Below are positions 1 to 10,344 of a DNA stretch of 64,000 nt, one piece after another. Each line of letters opens with the position of its first letter. Within the stretch, counting starts at the first letter, position 1. The notes under the pieces are model-generated. The model saw only the letters and a program-made list of their open reading frames with translations. It had not been told where the DNA came from and did not search any database. Origin of the DNA: Eledone cirrhosa. Taxonomy: Eukaryota. Position numbers and translations under genes: made by a program. The stretch is taken from the NCBI GenBank assembly GCA_964016885.1, contig OZ024752.1, forward strand, positions 29,512,001 to 29,576,000, given 5' to 3'.

Positions 1-265
1 CTTCTTTGTTTCAAGATTAGAATAATAAAATATGTTTAATTATTGTCACATGACACTTTAACATAACTCAAATGAGAAAAAAAAAATCATTTGATGAAAA
101 ATATTCCTAATTGGTTAGATTAATTAAAGACATAAATATGTCCATGAAATTATCTTAGAGCAAACACGAGTTTATAGAGAAATAAGAAATTATGTTACAG
201 TTTTCTACAGCACATTATAAGCAAAGATAAATGTAAAATTTCATTCTGATGACTAAACTATAATT

Positions 266-720
266 ATGGTTTCTGATTTAGGCACAAGGCCAGCAATTTT
301 GGGGGAGGGGGAAAAGTTGATTAAATTGACTCCAGTGCCTTACTGGTGCCTTATTTTATCAATTCCATAAGAATGAAAGGCAAAGCTAATGTTAGCAGGA
401 TTTGAACTCAGAATATAAAGGGCCATAACTCTCTGCCACAAAGCATGTTGTTTGACGCTCAACCGATTGCTGCCAATCACTGCCCTAATACTAACAATGG
501 TTTCTAATCTAGGCAAAAGGCCAACAATTTTTGGGAAGTGGAAAGTTGATTAAATCGACACCAGTATGTTACTGGTGCTTTATTTTATCAGTTCCGTAAG
601 GATGAAAAGCAAAGCTAATCTCGATGAGATTTGAACTCAGAATGTAAAGTGCTGTTGTAAGTCTATGCCACAAAGTATGTTGTCCGAAGCTCTATAGATT
701 ACTGCCATTCCACTGCTCTA
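266..720 (-). mobile_element. Two tandem decayed tRNA-derived SINEs (family 1, ATT-tailed)
   Basis: Reverse complement of the family-1 motifs: B box GAGTTCAAATC, body GCCTTTCAT...ATAAAATAA, 3' end GGCCTTGTGCC...AGAAAC. Confidence 0.85.
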
Positions 721-986
721 CTAATACTATAAAATTAAAAAAGGAACAATACCATCAAATATTTATACATCTAGTCAGTCTTATAACACAAGCTAAGGGA
801 AATAACAAAAATAGACCAATGGCCTATTATCGATAATTAAGTTAAGAGGTGATGTAGAAAATAGTTCACGTAAAAAAATCTTGTTTATTAAATATCTGTT
901 TTAGTTGAAGAAAGAAACTAAAAACTGAGTCTTAATTGTTAATGACTCTCTTTGAAAAGGGAGATAATTTAAAGTAATTAAGAATT

Positions 987-1274
987 AATTTCTCAAAGTG
1001 AATTTACATGTTTTAGGGGAATGTTTGATTTATATTGACAGGTAAGAGAAAACTGAAGATATATTTTAGTTTAATTATATTCACAAGCATAGCCTTCTAA
1101 AGATTGATTGATCAGGTAAAGATCTTTATATATAGAAAAAAGAATTATGAATAAATTTTGGTGAGTATAATTTGCTTAATTAGAATAAAAAAAAAAAAAA
1201 TTAGCTAAAGGAAATAACTGAAACGAACAAATTGCATGAATTTAGATAAATTTATCAAAAGTGATGGACTGAAT
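987..1274. repeat. Source copy of a locally duplicated ~290-bp segment (second copy at 4011-4306)
   Basis: Collinear, highly similar sequence from aatttctcaa to aaagtgatgga(c/t)tgaat. Confidence 0.9.
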
Positions 1275-1526
1275 GTTGTACATAACCTCCTCACTCCACC
1301 CCCAATTAATTGAAATTTCCCTTTTAATTAGAGAAAGAAAACTAGAATATAGTGGCAACTATTAGTTACTTGAATAATAACCAAAGAATCTGAAGACTTA
1401 CTGATTGATCATGAGGTAATGCTAATATGTTAGTATTGGTGATATTATTAATATATTAGTAAGTACTGGTGGTAATAATACTATGTTAGTATTGGTTATA
1501 ATACTAATATGTTAGTATTGGTGATA

Positions 1527-1750
1527 ACTGTTTCTACTTTTTGGTACAAGGCCAGCAATTACCTCAGTGCATTACTGGTGCTTTATTTTATCGACCCTAG
1601 TGCATTACTGGTACTTTATTTTATCGACTCTGTAAGGATGAAAGGAAAGCTAACCTCGTCAGGATTTGAACTCCAAACGTAAAGGGCCATAACTCTATTC
1701 TGCAAAGCATGGTGTCTGATGCTCTACCGGTACTGCCAATCCACCACCCT
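1527..1750 (-). mobile_element. SINE family 1 copy, set in a short tatgttagtattggtg(a/g)taatac tandem repeat (~1420-1810)
   Basis: Same motifs as other family-1 copies, with an internal duplication of agtgcattactggt(g/a)ctttattttatcgac. Confidence 0.85.
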
Positions 1751-1958
1751 TAGTATTGGTGGTAATACTATGTTCGTATTGGTGATGATACTATGTTAGT
1801 ATTGCCGTAAAACTAAACCGTAAACTGAAGATGTGGTCATAATAACTAACATCAGTATTATTATGTTTAGCTTCAGGTTAGACTTCATCAAATAAAACCT
1901 ATAATCAAAAGTCTTCCTCATATCAATATCCTGTCTTTTTTCTTTCAGACATAGTGGT

Positions 1959-2376
1959 CAAGGGTTGGTTGAAAAGTTCATAGGCTGACCAAGATACTCT
2001 CATGGAATGACCAAATGAGGTTTATTTTTCAACAGAGTCCCTGGAAAAGAACAATACAGTTATTATACAAGGGTCGGCTGAAAAGTTCATAGGCTGACCA
2101 AGAGACTCTCATGGAATGACCAAATGAGGTTTCTAGTTCAACATAGTCTCAGGAAAGAAACAATGCAGTTATTATATGATGGTAGGCTGAACATTTCAAA
2201 GGCTGACCAAGATACTCTCATGCAATGACCAAATGAGGTTTATTTTTCAACGTATTCTCTGGAAAGAAACAATGCAGTTATGAATAATAAAAGTTGAAAT
2301 TAAGGCAAGCAAGATTTCACAGTTTTAGCATCACTCTTTCATTATCAGCCTATGAACTTTTCAGCTGACCATTGTA
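1959..2376 (+). mobile_element. Tc1/mariner-like MITE with a triplicated left end (~110-bp unit x3)
   Basis: Left TIR tacaagggtcggctgaaaagttcataggctga is inverted against tcagcctatgaacttttcagctgaccattgta at 2345-2376; TA termini. Confidence 0.7.
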
Positions 2377-2517
2377 TCTAGGACTACATTATTAAATGTG
2401 TCACTTTTGTTGTGATATGAGGGAAATTTGGTTGCAATTTCTAGTTGATTGAGTGATTGCCTGAAATCTCCCATAGTAAATGAAAAAGTTACATTTGATG
2501 TTTGGCATTTTACTTAC

Positions 2518-2600
2518 CTTTTTATTTGGTACTGACAACTGATTCTCTTTACAAACATCTGCAGAGATTGCAATGACTTCCTCTTTGTTCAAATCCTCAT
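2518..2600 (-). CDS. Putative internal coding exon (83 nt, phase 1 to 0) of an unidentified minus-strand gene: (D)EDLNKEEVIAISADVCKENQLSVPNKK
   Basis: Minus strand reads tacttcttag|ATGAGGATTTG...AATAAAAAG|gtaagt: canonical acceptor, consensus donor, open frame, phase matches the exon at 4318-4420. Confidence 0.65.
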
Positions 2601-2855
2601 CTAAGAAGTATTTGAATTTTAGATATTAAAGGAAATGAAATATATAGAGCTATTTTATTTTTTTAATAGGAAGAAATAATTTCAGAATTCATATGCTATA
2701 TATTCTCAAGGCCAAAAAATAACAATTTAAGGACACATTTTAGCTGAGCTTTAACAATATTTATTTTACACCTTTGAAAAGCAAGCCTGAATATATATGA
2801 GTTTTTCCTCTGTGAATATCTTATGACCTTGAGGGTAGCACTCTAATAAACCTAC

Positions 2856-2858
2856 CAT
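2856..2858 (-). CDS. Candidate 3-nt microexon (ATG, phase 1 to 1, would add one Asp)
   Basis: Minus strand reads ttccatttctttag|ATG|gtaggttt: pyrimidine-rich acceptor followed 3 nt later by a donor, lying between two phase-1-compatible exons. Confidence 0.35.
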
Positions 2859-2971
2859 CTAAAGAAATGGAATTTATTGAAAGAAAAATAAATAAAGATT
2901 ATAGATGAGTTAATAAACATTCACAGACATTTTCAATAATAAATTGAATGATGAAGATTTGCAATTAGGAA

Positions 2972-3175
2972 CTTGGTGCCATGATAAAAAGCATCCAGTC
3001 CATACTGTAAATGTGGTTGGTGTAAATAAGAGCATCCAGTCATAGAAATCAAGCTAGAAACAGTTCTGTATGAGTTAGACATGGTCATTTGATCTGACTT
3101 GTCTCACAACAGGTCAACTCATCAAACCCATGCGTGCATGGAAAAATGGATATTACATGGTGATGATGGTGATGA
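2972..3175 (+). mobile_element. RTE-type 3' tail fragment (SINE family 2 / RTE 3' UTR)
   Basis: ggtgccatgataaaaagcatccag...ctgtaaatgtggttgg...catccag...gatgatg tail, matching 28370-28580 and 31050-31195. Confidence 0.75.
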
Positions 3176-3534
3176 ATATGTCTTACTGAGCTTATATAAT
3201 ATATATAGTATATAATGTAGCAGGAGAAATAATTTCAGCAGAGATTTGGTTGGCTGAATAATGAATTTTTACATTATGACAAAGATTTATTGGGAAAAGG
3301 TATACATAGTAGGATGAATTGTCCTCAACACATGACAGATACTTATTTAAATTAAGAACATAACTGGGAAAAACTAAATATATTGATTGTATTGTTCAAT
3401 GACTGAATTACTGGGGAAAGTAAAAACTACTTTTGCAAAAGTAAACTACCAAGTATACACTTGGATTCCCATTTAACCTTCTGCAGACAGACAGAGAGAC
3501 AGACAGATAGACAACTTCTCTCTCTTTTAAGGGT

Positions 3535-3760
3535 TAATCCACCTCATGGTTCCAGCAGACAGAATGGAGAAGTCATTACCCTGGAGAATAACAAAGGAGT
3601 TACATTAGACCACCCATTCCAACTGACAGGGCGTTCTCATGTGGGTAGCCAACTCCACCCCAATAGCAGTGAGTAGGGATGTAGTCCAGGGGCCAAGGAC
3701 ACCAGATGTCTTCACTGCTACAGGCTCAACTACAACCACAAATTATCAAATGAGCAAGAC
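3535..3760 (-). mobile_element. Decayed C-terminus of an RLE-type (CRE-like) non-LTR retrotransposon
   Basis: Minus-strand translation gives EPVAVKTSGVLGPWTTSLLTAIGVELA...ILQGNDFSIL, resembling the P.AVETSG.LG / I.RGNA..IL end of CRE-clade ORFs (recognised by eye). Confidence 0.5.
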
Positions 3761-4010
3761 AGAACTATCTCCTGTTGTTATATATCAGATGTTTTTCCAG
3801 GGTCAAGGTCACTGTATTTCAGATATTAAACAATAATTCATGGCAAGATGTCCCAGATATTTCAGAACTGTAATATTTATTGATTAGTTCAATAAAATAG
3901 TTAAAAGAACTAATGAATACTATCTAAAACAATAATTAAGTCATTAACATGCCATATAATTTATTTTGAAGTTGTTTTTTTTATATAAAAAAGCATTAAA
4001 AACCTACCAT

Positions 4011-4306
4011 AATTTCTCAACGTGAATTTACATGTTTTAGGGGAATGTCTGATTTATATTGACAGGTAAGAGAAAACTGCAGATATATTTTAGTTTAATT
4101 AAATTCACTAGCATAATATAGTCTTCTAAAGATTGATTGATCAGGTAAAGATCTTTATAGATAGAAAAAAGAATTATGAATAAATTTTGGTGAGTATAAT
4201 TTGCTTAATTAGAATGAAAAGAAAAAAAAAAATTTACTTAAAGGAAATAACTGAAATGAACCACTTGCATGAATTTAGATAAATTTATCAAAAGTGATGG
4301 ATTGAA
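4011..4306. repeat. Inserted copy of 987-1274, flanked by the 14-bp direct repeat taaaaacctaccat (3997-4010 and 4307-4320)
   Basis: Direct comparison of both copies and both flanks. Confidence 0.85.
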
Positions 4307-4317
4307 TAAAAACCTAC

Positions 4318-4420
4318 CATCTGTTGATGACTCAGTATCTTCAAGCACTTCAAGTTGATTCTGATTTTTGTCATTCACGTCTACTCTTAGTATTTCTGAT
4401 GTATTGATAGATATATGTTC
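4318..4420 (-). CDS. Putative internal coding exon (103 nt, phase 0 to 1): EHISINTSEILRVDVNDKNQNQLEVLEDTESSTD(G)
   Basis: Minus strand reads catgaattag|GAACAT...ACAGATG|gtaggt; 34 open codons plus 1 nt; splices in frame to the 2518-2600 exon (G+AT = Asp). Confidence 0.6.
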
Positions 4421-5897
4421 CTAATTCATGATAAAAATATAAAAATATTAGATAAACAAAGTTAGAATTTTCATCAAACTCTTATTGAAACTTTCTTACA
4501 TATGACTATATCATACACATTCAAAATGTTTTTACTTTTTGATTTATTTCAATGGTTAAACCTTGCTCCCTTCTGGACCCTTTTTGGGGTCTCAGGATAC
4601 ACAATTTTTGTACATCAATCCCACGTTTCTTAGGATAGATTGCAGGCCCATCACCAGTTTTTACAATATGAAATGGAGACTGCAATATATTTTTTGAACA
4701 GGCCTCTCTCTACCAAATACCTGAATACATTCCTTGTTAACCCACATGAAGGATGATGCAGTATGACAGCCATATTGCAGAAGAAAAAGATTTATTTCAA
4801 ATAAAGCATAGATGTTATTTATGAAAGCCCAGATGGAATAAAAAAAGGAAATTAAATTATTTTAACACGATTTCAGCAACCATAATGCAACAACTGAATT
4901 CTTATCAAAATGGATTGAATAGACTCTTTGTCATATGATGGTTATCTGTGATTTGCTTTTTACAAGTTAAAATATTTTTTTAAAGAAAGAAATGGTGTGA
5001 TTTTCAACAGAGAAAATTCCAGTTATGTGGAAAAAATAGTGCAAACTGTGAACCAGGAAAGAAGCAAAGAAACACCAGAAGGATAATGGTTTACTACAGT
5101 AAAAGGTATTTGCTAATGAAAAATTAGAACCATAACCTGTAACATATGCTAGCATACAGTGAAAGAAAATTTCAAAAACAGTTAATCCAAAGACTCTGAT
5201 GCCAAGTTGTACGGTTGAAGAATCATTACTAAAACATATTGAATATAGGAATAAGTAAAGGAGAAGTTATGAGTGCATGAAATTAAACAAACAATCCAAG
5301 AGTCTGAAAAATGAATTACAGTGCAATGAAGTAAATGTCATTAATACTGTTGGTTAGAATTGAGGGAAATGGTTTAGTTTAGATAACTGTTACTTAGAGC
5401 TGACTAATCCTAACTGCTTCTTTAGAAAATATGAAAAATCTCTGATAAGGTTAATAAATGAAATTTCTCTAATCGGTAGAATGTTCTTAAAATCAATTTT
5501 GCTGAAATATTAAGTATCATAGCTTTATTTCTGCTTTTTATTTATTTAATATTTTCATAAGTTATTGAAATATCATATATGACTTCATTTTATTTGCTTT
5601 TCACAATCTACTCCTTCTTCTCCAGACTAAACCTAAGAACTCTCAGCTGTTTCTATATTTTCTACTTCTTGTGTGGTCACATAGTAAGTGAAATAACACG
5701 TAAGAACTTCCATTGACCATTAAATCATTAAACAATGCAAATATGAAGATAAGAAATATAAGAAAAAGAGAAAAAAAGTAAAGAAAGAAAGCCACAGTAA
5801 AATAACAACTTATATATTGGGAGGTTTGGTTAAAAGCTAGTAACAACTTCGTGGAAAGAAATTTCTTCTACAGATTAGTATCAAATAATATTCTCAC

Positions 5898-5918
5898 CTC
5901 TTCAAGATTTACCAAATT
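5898..5918 (-). CDS. Candidate 21-nt exon NLVNLEE (phase 0 to 0)
   Basis: aacag|AATTTGGTAAATCTTGAAGAG|gtgaga; good donor, weak polypyrimidine tract, phase fits the 4318-4420 exon. Confidence 0.3.
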
Positions 5919-5999
5919 CTGTTATGTTGCTATAATGTCTATGAGGTCAAGTGCTTGATCGTCAACCATATGATCATAATTCCAAAAGTTGCTACAATA

Positions 6000-6472
6000 A
6001 TGTTGGTACCAAAATAACACCCAGCCCACATTGTATAATGGTTGTGTAGGTGTCACGGCAAAAAGAACCCAGCCCACCCTGTATAGTGGTCATGTAGGTG
6101 TCATGATAAAAAGCACCCAGCCCACACTGTAAAGTGGTCATGTAGGTGTCACCAGCCCAGACAGTAAAGTGGTCATGTAGGAGTCACAACAAAAAGCACC
6201 CAGCCCATACAGTAAAGTGGTCATGTAAGAGTAATGACAAAAAGCACCCAGCCCAAACTGTAAAGTGATCATGTAGGTTTCATGGCAAAAAACACTCAGC
6301 ACACACTGTAAATGTGGTTGGTGTTAGGAAGGGCATCCAGCCATTGAAAACCAGCCAGAAACAGTCCTATATGAGTAAGACACGGTTACCCGACCCAACT
6401 TGCCTTTAATGAGTCAAACCCGTCTAAACCATGCTAGTGTGGAAGATAGACGTTAAATGATGATGATGAAGA
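6000..6472 (+). mobile_element. RTE-tail element with a tandemly amplified ~48-bp unit
   Basis: About 7 units of aaaaagcacccagcccacactgtaaagtggtcatgtaggtgtc, then ggaagggcatccag and a (gat)n tail. Confidence 0.75.
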
Positions 6473-6632
6473 TGTGATATGTTTCTGGACATAAAACATT
6501 ATTTTACTTGACCACTCCAACTTGGATAACAACAGATCCCCCTCTTAATTCCCAGTTACTTATAGTTAATTGTAGGAAGGGGAATTCAACACAGTCACAA
6601 AACTGCTTCTTAAAACAATAGGTAGAGATATC

Positions 6633-6815
6633 TACCATATATACTCGAATATAAGCTGACCCCTATTTTATGCCTGAGAAATGGGCAAAAATCCAATCCC
6701 CATTTATAAACTCAGGTAACTAATAAATACATAAATATTGACCCCCTGAATATAAACTGATCCCCCATTTTAACATTGAACTTTTGGTTACATATTCCTT
6801 GGCTTATATTGAAGT
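6633..6815 (+). mobile_element. pogo/Tc1-like MITE remnant (same family as 47472-47688)
   Basis: Begins taccatatatactcgaatataag and ends ggcttatattgaagt; internal tatgcctgagaaatgggcaaaaatccaa matches the 47.6-kb copy in reverse. Confidence 0.6.
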
Positions 6816-7320
6816 CCACACTGTAAAGTGGTAGTTTTGGTGACACGATAAAAAGCACCCAGCCCATCTGTAAAGTGGTTGTTTAGGTGTCATGATAAAA
6901 AGCATCCAGTCCACTCTAGAAATTAGTCGCTTTGGTGTAACAACAAAAAGCACCCAGCCCACGCTGTAAAGTGGTCATGTAAGTAACATGACAAAAAGCA
7001 CCCAGCCCACACTGTAAATTGGTCAAGCAGGTGTCATGATAAAAAGCGTCTAGCCCACACTGTAAAGTGGTTGTGTAGGTGTAACAACAAACAACACCCT
7101 ATGCACACTGTAAAGAGGTCATGTAGGTGTCATGACAAAAAGCACCCAGCCCACACTGTAAATGTGGTTGATGTTAGGAAGGGCATCCAGTTGTAGAAAC
7201 CAAGCTAGAAACAGTTCTGTACGAGCAAGACATGGTCACCTGACTTGACTTGCCTCAAATAAGACAACCTGTCTAACCCATGCTTGCATGAAAAATTAAC
7301 ATTAAACAATGATGATGATA
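6816..7320 (+). mobile_element. Second RTE-tail element with a tandem ~48-bp unit array
   Basis: Same organisation as 6000-6472, ending in gatgatgat. Confidence 0.75.
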
Positions 7321-7529
7321 TCACCCACCTTGCTAGTTTAAAAAATAATGGATGTAAAATATTAAGTATATTTAATAAAGAAAACCTCTAACAATCTGCA
7401 AATGTTGATCGGGGAAAAAATGTTAAATTATCTCCTCCTCCACAGATTGTTATTTTGGTGTAACTTAGCTGAGTATGTGATTATTTCCATAGTGATGAGG
7501 TAACTGTAAATATGATTACACTGATAACA

Positions 7530-8105
7530 GTAGTAGTGGTGGTGGTGTTGGTGGTAGTAGTAGTGGTGGTGGTGGTGGTAGTAGTAGTGGTGGTGCTGGT
7601 AGTAGTAGTGGTGGTGGTGGTAGTAGTGGTAGTGGTGGTAGTGGTAGTGGTGGTAGTAGTAGTGGTGGTGGTGGTAGTGGTGGTGGTGGTAGTAGTAGTA
7701 GTAGTGGTAGTGGTAGTGGTGGTAGTAGTAGTGGTGGTGGTGGTGGTAGTAATAGTAGTGGTAGTGGTGGTGGTAGTAGTGGTGGTAGTAGTAGTAGTAG
7801 CAGTAGTGGTAGGAGTAGTAGTGGTAGTAGTAGTGGTGGTGGTGGTGGTGGTAGTAGTAGTGGGGTGGTGGTAGTAGTAGTAGTGGTGGTGGTGGTGGTA
7901 GTAGTAGTAGTAGTGGTGGTTGTAGGAGTGGTAGTGGTGTTTGTAGTAGTAGTAGTAGTAGTGGTAGTGGTAGTAGTTGTGGTGGTAGTGGTAGTACTAC
8001 TGCTACTAGTAGTAGTAGTCGTAGTAGTAGTAGTAGTTGTGGTGGTGATGGTGAGAGAGGGAGAGAAAGGGAGAGAGGGAGAGAGAGAAAGAAAGAGAGA
8101 GAGAA
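7530..8105. repeat. Compound (GTA/GTG)n microsatellite followed by a GA-rich tract
   Basis: Directly visible; explains the poly-V, poly-H/Y and poly-L/P ORFs. Confidence 0.95.
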
Positions 8106-8349
8106 AACAAACAAAAAGCTATAAAACAAACTATATATTTGGTAAGTGAGCTGATTTGTGACAGTTGAAATTAAAACAATTACAAGCAGAAAAGCTGTTT
8201 TAGCCCTTCAAAACAAACTGCTAAATTTACTTTTCATTTATTTGATGATGTCAAAATTTTCATGACACTCTATGTGACCTGGTCATTGACACAATTCCCC
8301 TGCAGCTAAAAATTAAGAATGTTAAAACCTTTCATTATTGATTTGAATT

Positions 8350-8590
8350 TAAAGTACCAGTAATGTACTGGGTTATTGCTGGCCTTGTGCCTAAAATAGA
8401 AACAATTATTGATTTGAACTTAGAGGGTTGGACGCAATGCTTTGACGCATAGAGTTACGGCCCTTATCATTCTGAGTTCAAATCCCGCTGAGGTTAACTT
8501 TGCCTTTCATCCTTACGGGGTCGATAAAATAAAGTACCAGTAATGTACTGGGTAATTGCTGGCCTTGTGCCAAAAGTAGAAACAATTATT
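8350..8590 (+). mobile_element. SINE family 1 copy preceded by an extra 3'-end fragment
   Basis: ctgagttcaaatcccgctgaggttaactttgcctttcatccttacggggtcgataaaataaagtacc...ccaaaagtagaaac. Confidence 0.85.
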
Positions 8591-8717
8591 GATTTGAATT
8601 TAGAGTTTGGATAAATTTAGTAATGTGCAAATACTTGCAATTGTATGTTTTTGATTTTATTTTCATGAAGTTGAACAAAAGAAGAGAACAAAAATGATTA
8701 TATTTATATATTATCAC

Positions 8718-9140
8718 CATCATCATCATTATTATTATTTAATGTTTGCTTTCCTTGCTATCAAGGGTTGGACAGGTCTTCACAGACCAGGTCAGTACTG
8801 AAGTGGGGTTCAGACAGGCCAGATGGTTTGCATCTTGCTTACATATGGTCCCATGTTTTATCGAGTGTATTTTATCATGGCACTAGCACTACGGAGGTCG
8901 CTATATCTTTGACATAACTGAAGGTTCTCTTAAACCTTAGGATACCCTTCCTATCACCAACCACTTTACCACATGTATTGGGTGTGTTTATCGTGTAGAT
9001 CACCAACACTAGTGAGACTGTTGCACTGCTGACACAGATGAAGTGTGCTCTCAACCCTTATAGGCATAGTTTCTACCGAGGGGGTGCCTTTCCTATCACC
9101 AACTACCTTATGAGGTGTACCCGGTGTATTTTTGTAGCAC
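8718..9140 (-). mobile_element. Decayed RTE-tail / SINE family 2-related fragments
   Basis: catcatcat tail plus gatacccttcctatcaccaaccacttta, the reverse complement of the family tail motif. Confidence 0.5.
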
Positions 9141-10344
9141 CAACACCAAGTTATTGTCATTGTCACAACTGGTCTGTAGGGGTCAGCGAGAGGAGACAGG
9201 AGATAGGTATGAAGTTGCAGATATATGGCAGGTGTGGTGTGATTTGACATGGTGATGAGTGCAGATGAGAGGGGGGAGGCTTTCAGCACATTTCTTTTGT
9301 TATATTCTGAGGTAACACATCTTCAATTCTGTCTGTCTGCTGCAACCATGAGGCAGCATATACCTGCAGCAACCATAGGCAGTGTTTTGGACATTGGAAA
9401 GGTATAATGCTGCAATCATGAGACAGCATACAGCTGGGGTTCTGTATGTTGGAACGGTAGAATACACAGCTAAATTCCCTACAGCAACTCCCCTGCATTA
9501 GCCATACCATCCATGTTAGATGTCTTCAACTGCAGGTCATTTCATGAGAGGCAACGACCCTGCTACAACATTTTTATTATGAGAGCCCCCTAATGTGACA
9601 CACAAATGGGGAAGATCTCTCAAGACATTAAAGAGAGTCATTAGGAAAAATACAGAATTATCTGGTAAAGAACTGAAGCAGTTAATATTGGAATGTGTGA
9701 GATAAAAAGGTTTTATCATGTCACCAAAAAGAAGTGAATGAATTTAGTAGTTAATAGTAGTAGTAACACCATTCCTAGTAACACGACTGCATACAGTAGC
9801 AAATATTATCATTCTGTGGTGCCTACAGATAGTTGTAGATTTTGTTGTTGAGAGCAAGCAGCAAGATTTCAAACGCTAACTTCTCTTGTTGGTTATATTG
9901 GCTCAGACATCCCGCACCTTCTTTATCAAATACATACACTACATAAAAACAAATGAAATGGCGACATATTTCCATCTATAAAAACATTCTACTTGTAATC
10001 ACAATGCTAATGATAACTTTTATCAAATGTAGTGTCAACAAAATATCTCTCATTTAACTCAAACTTACCTTTTCCTGTTTAATCCCTTGTTAAGCACCTT
10101 CTCACTTATTTCCCCTCTTCATCCCATATTGGTCACAAAACATCTAATTCATTCTTTAACAGTCAACAATCAATATATCATTGTTTTTTGCTTCATTCTC
10201 AACAATCCACATGTTTTTGTCTTTAATAACTCTTATCTTTAAAAACATTCCAGTACTTATCCCCCAGCGCTCTGCTCTCAAAATAATCTTTCCCCTTGCA
10301 GATCTTTTAAGTATTTCCTCTCATACAACAATATGTCTGGCTCC

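Noticed and set aside
753-770. Possible 18-nt minus-strand exon MYKYLM
   Set aside because: No polypyrimidine tract and a weak donor.
1017-1041. Plus-strand ttttag|25 nt|gtaaga exon-like motif (also in the 4011 copy)
   Set aside because: Frame-shifting length and no partner exons found on the plus strand.
7428-8149. Poly-Val and His/Tyr-rich ORFs
   Set aside because: Trinucleotide microsatellite.
10060-10145. Strong minus-strand donor AAG|gtaagt near 10068
   Set aside because: Upstream sequence has stops in all three frames before a usable acceptor.
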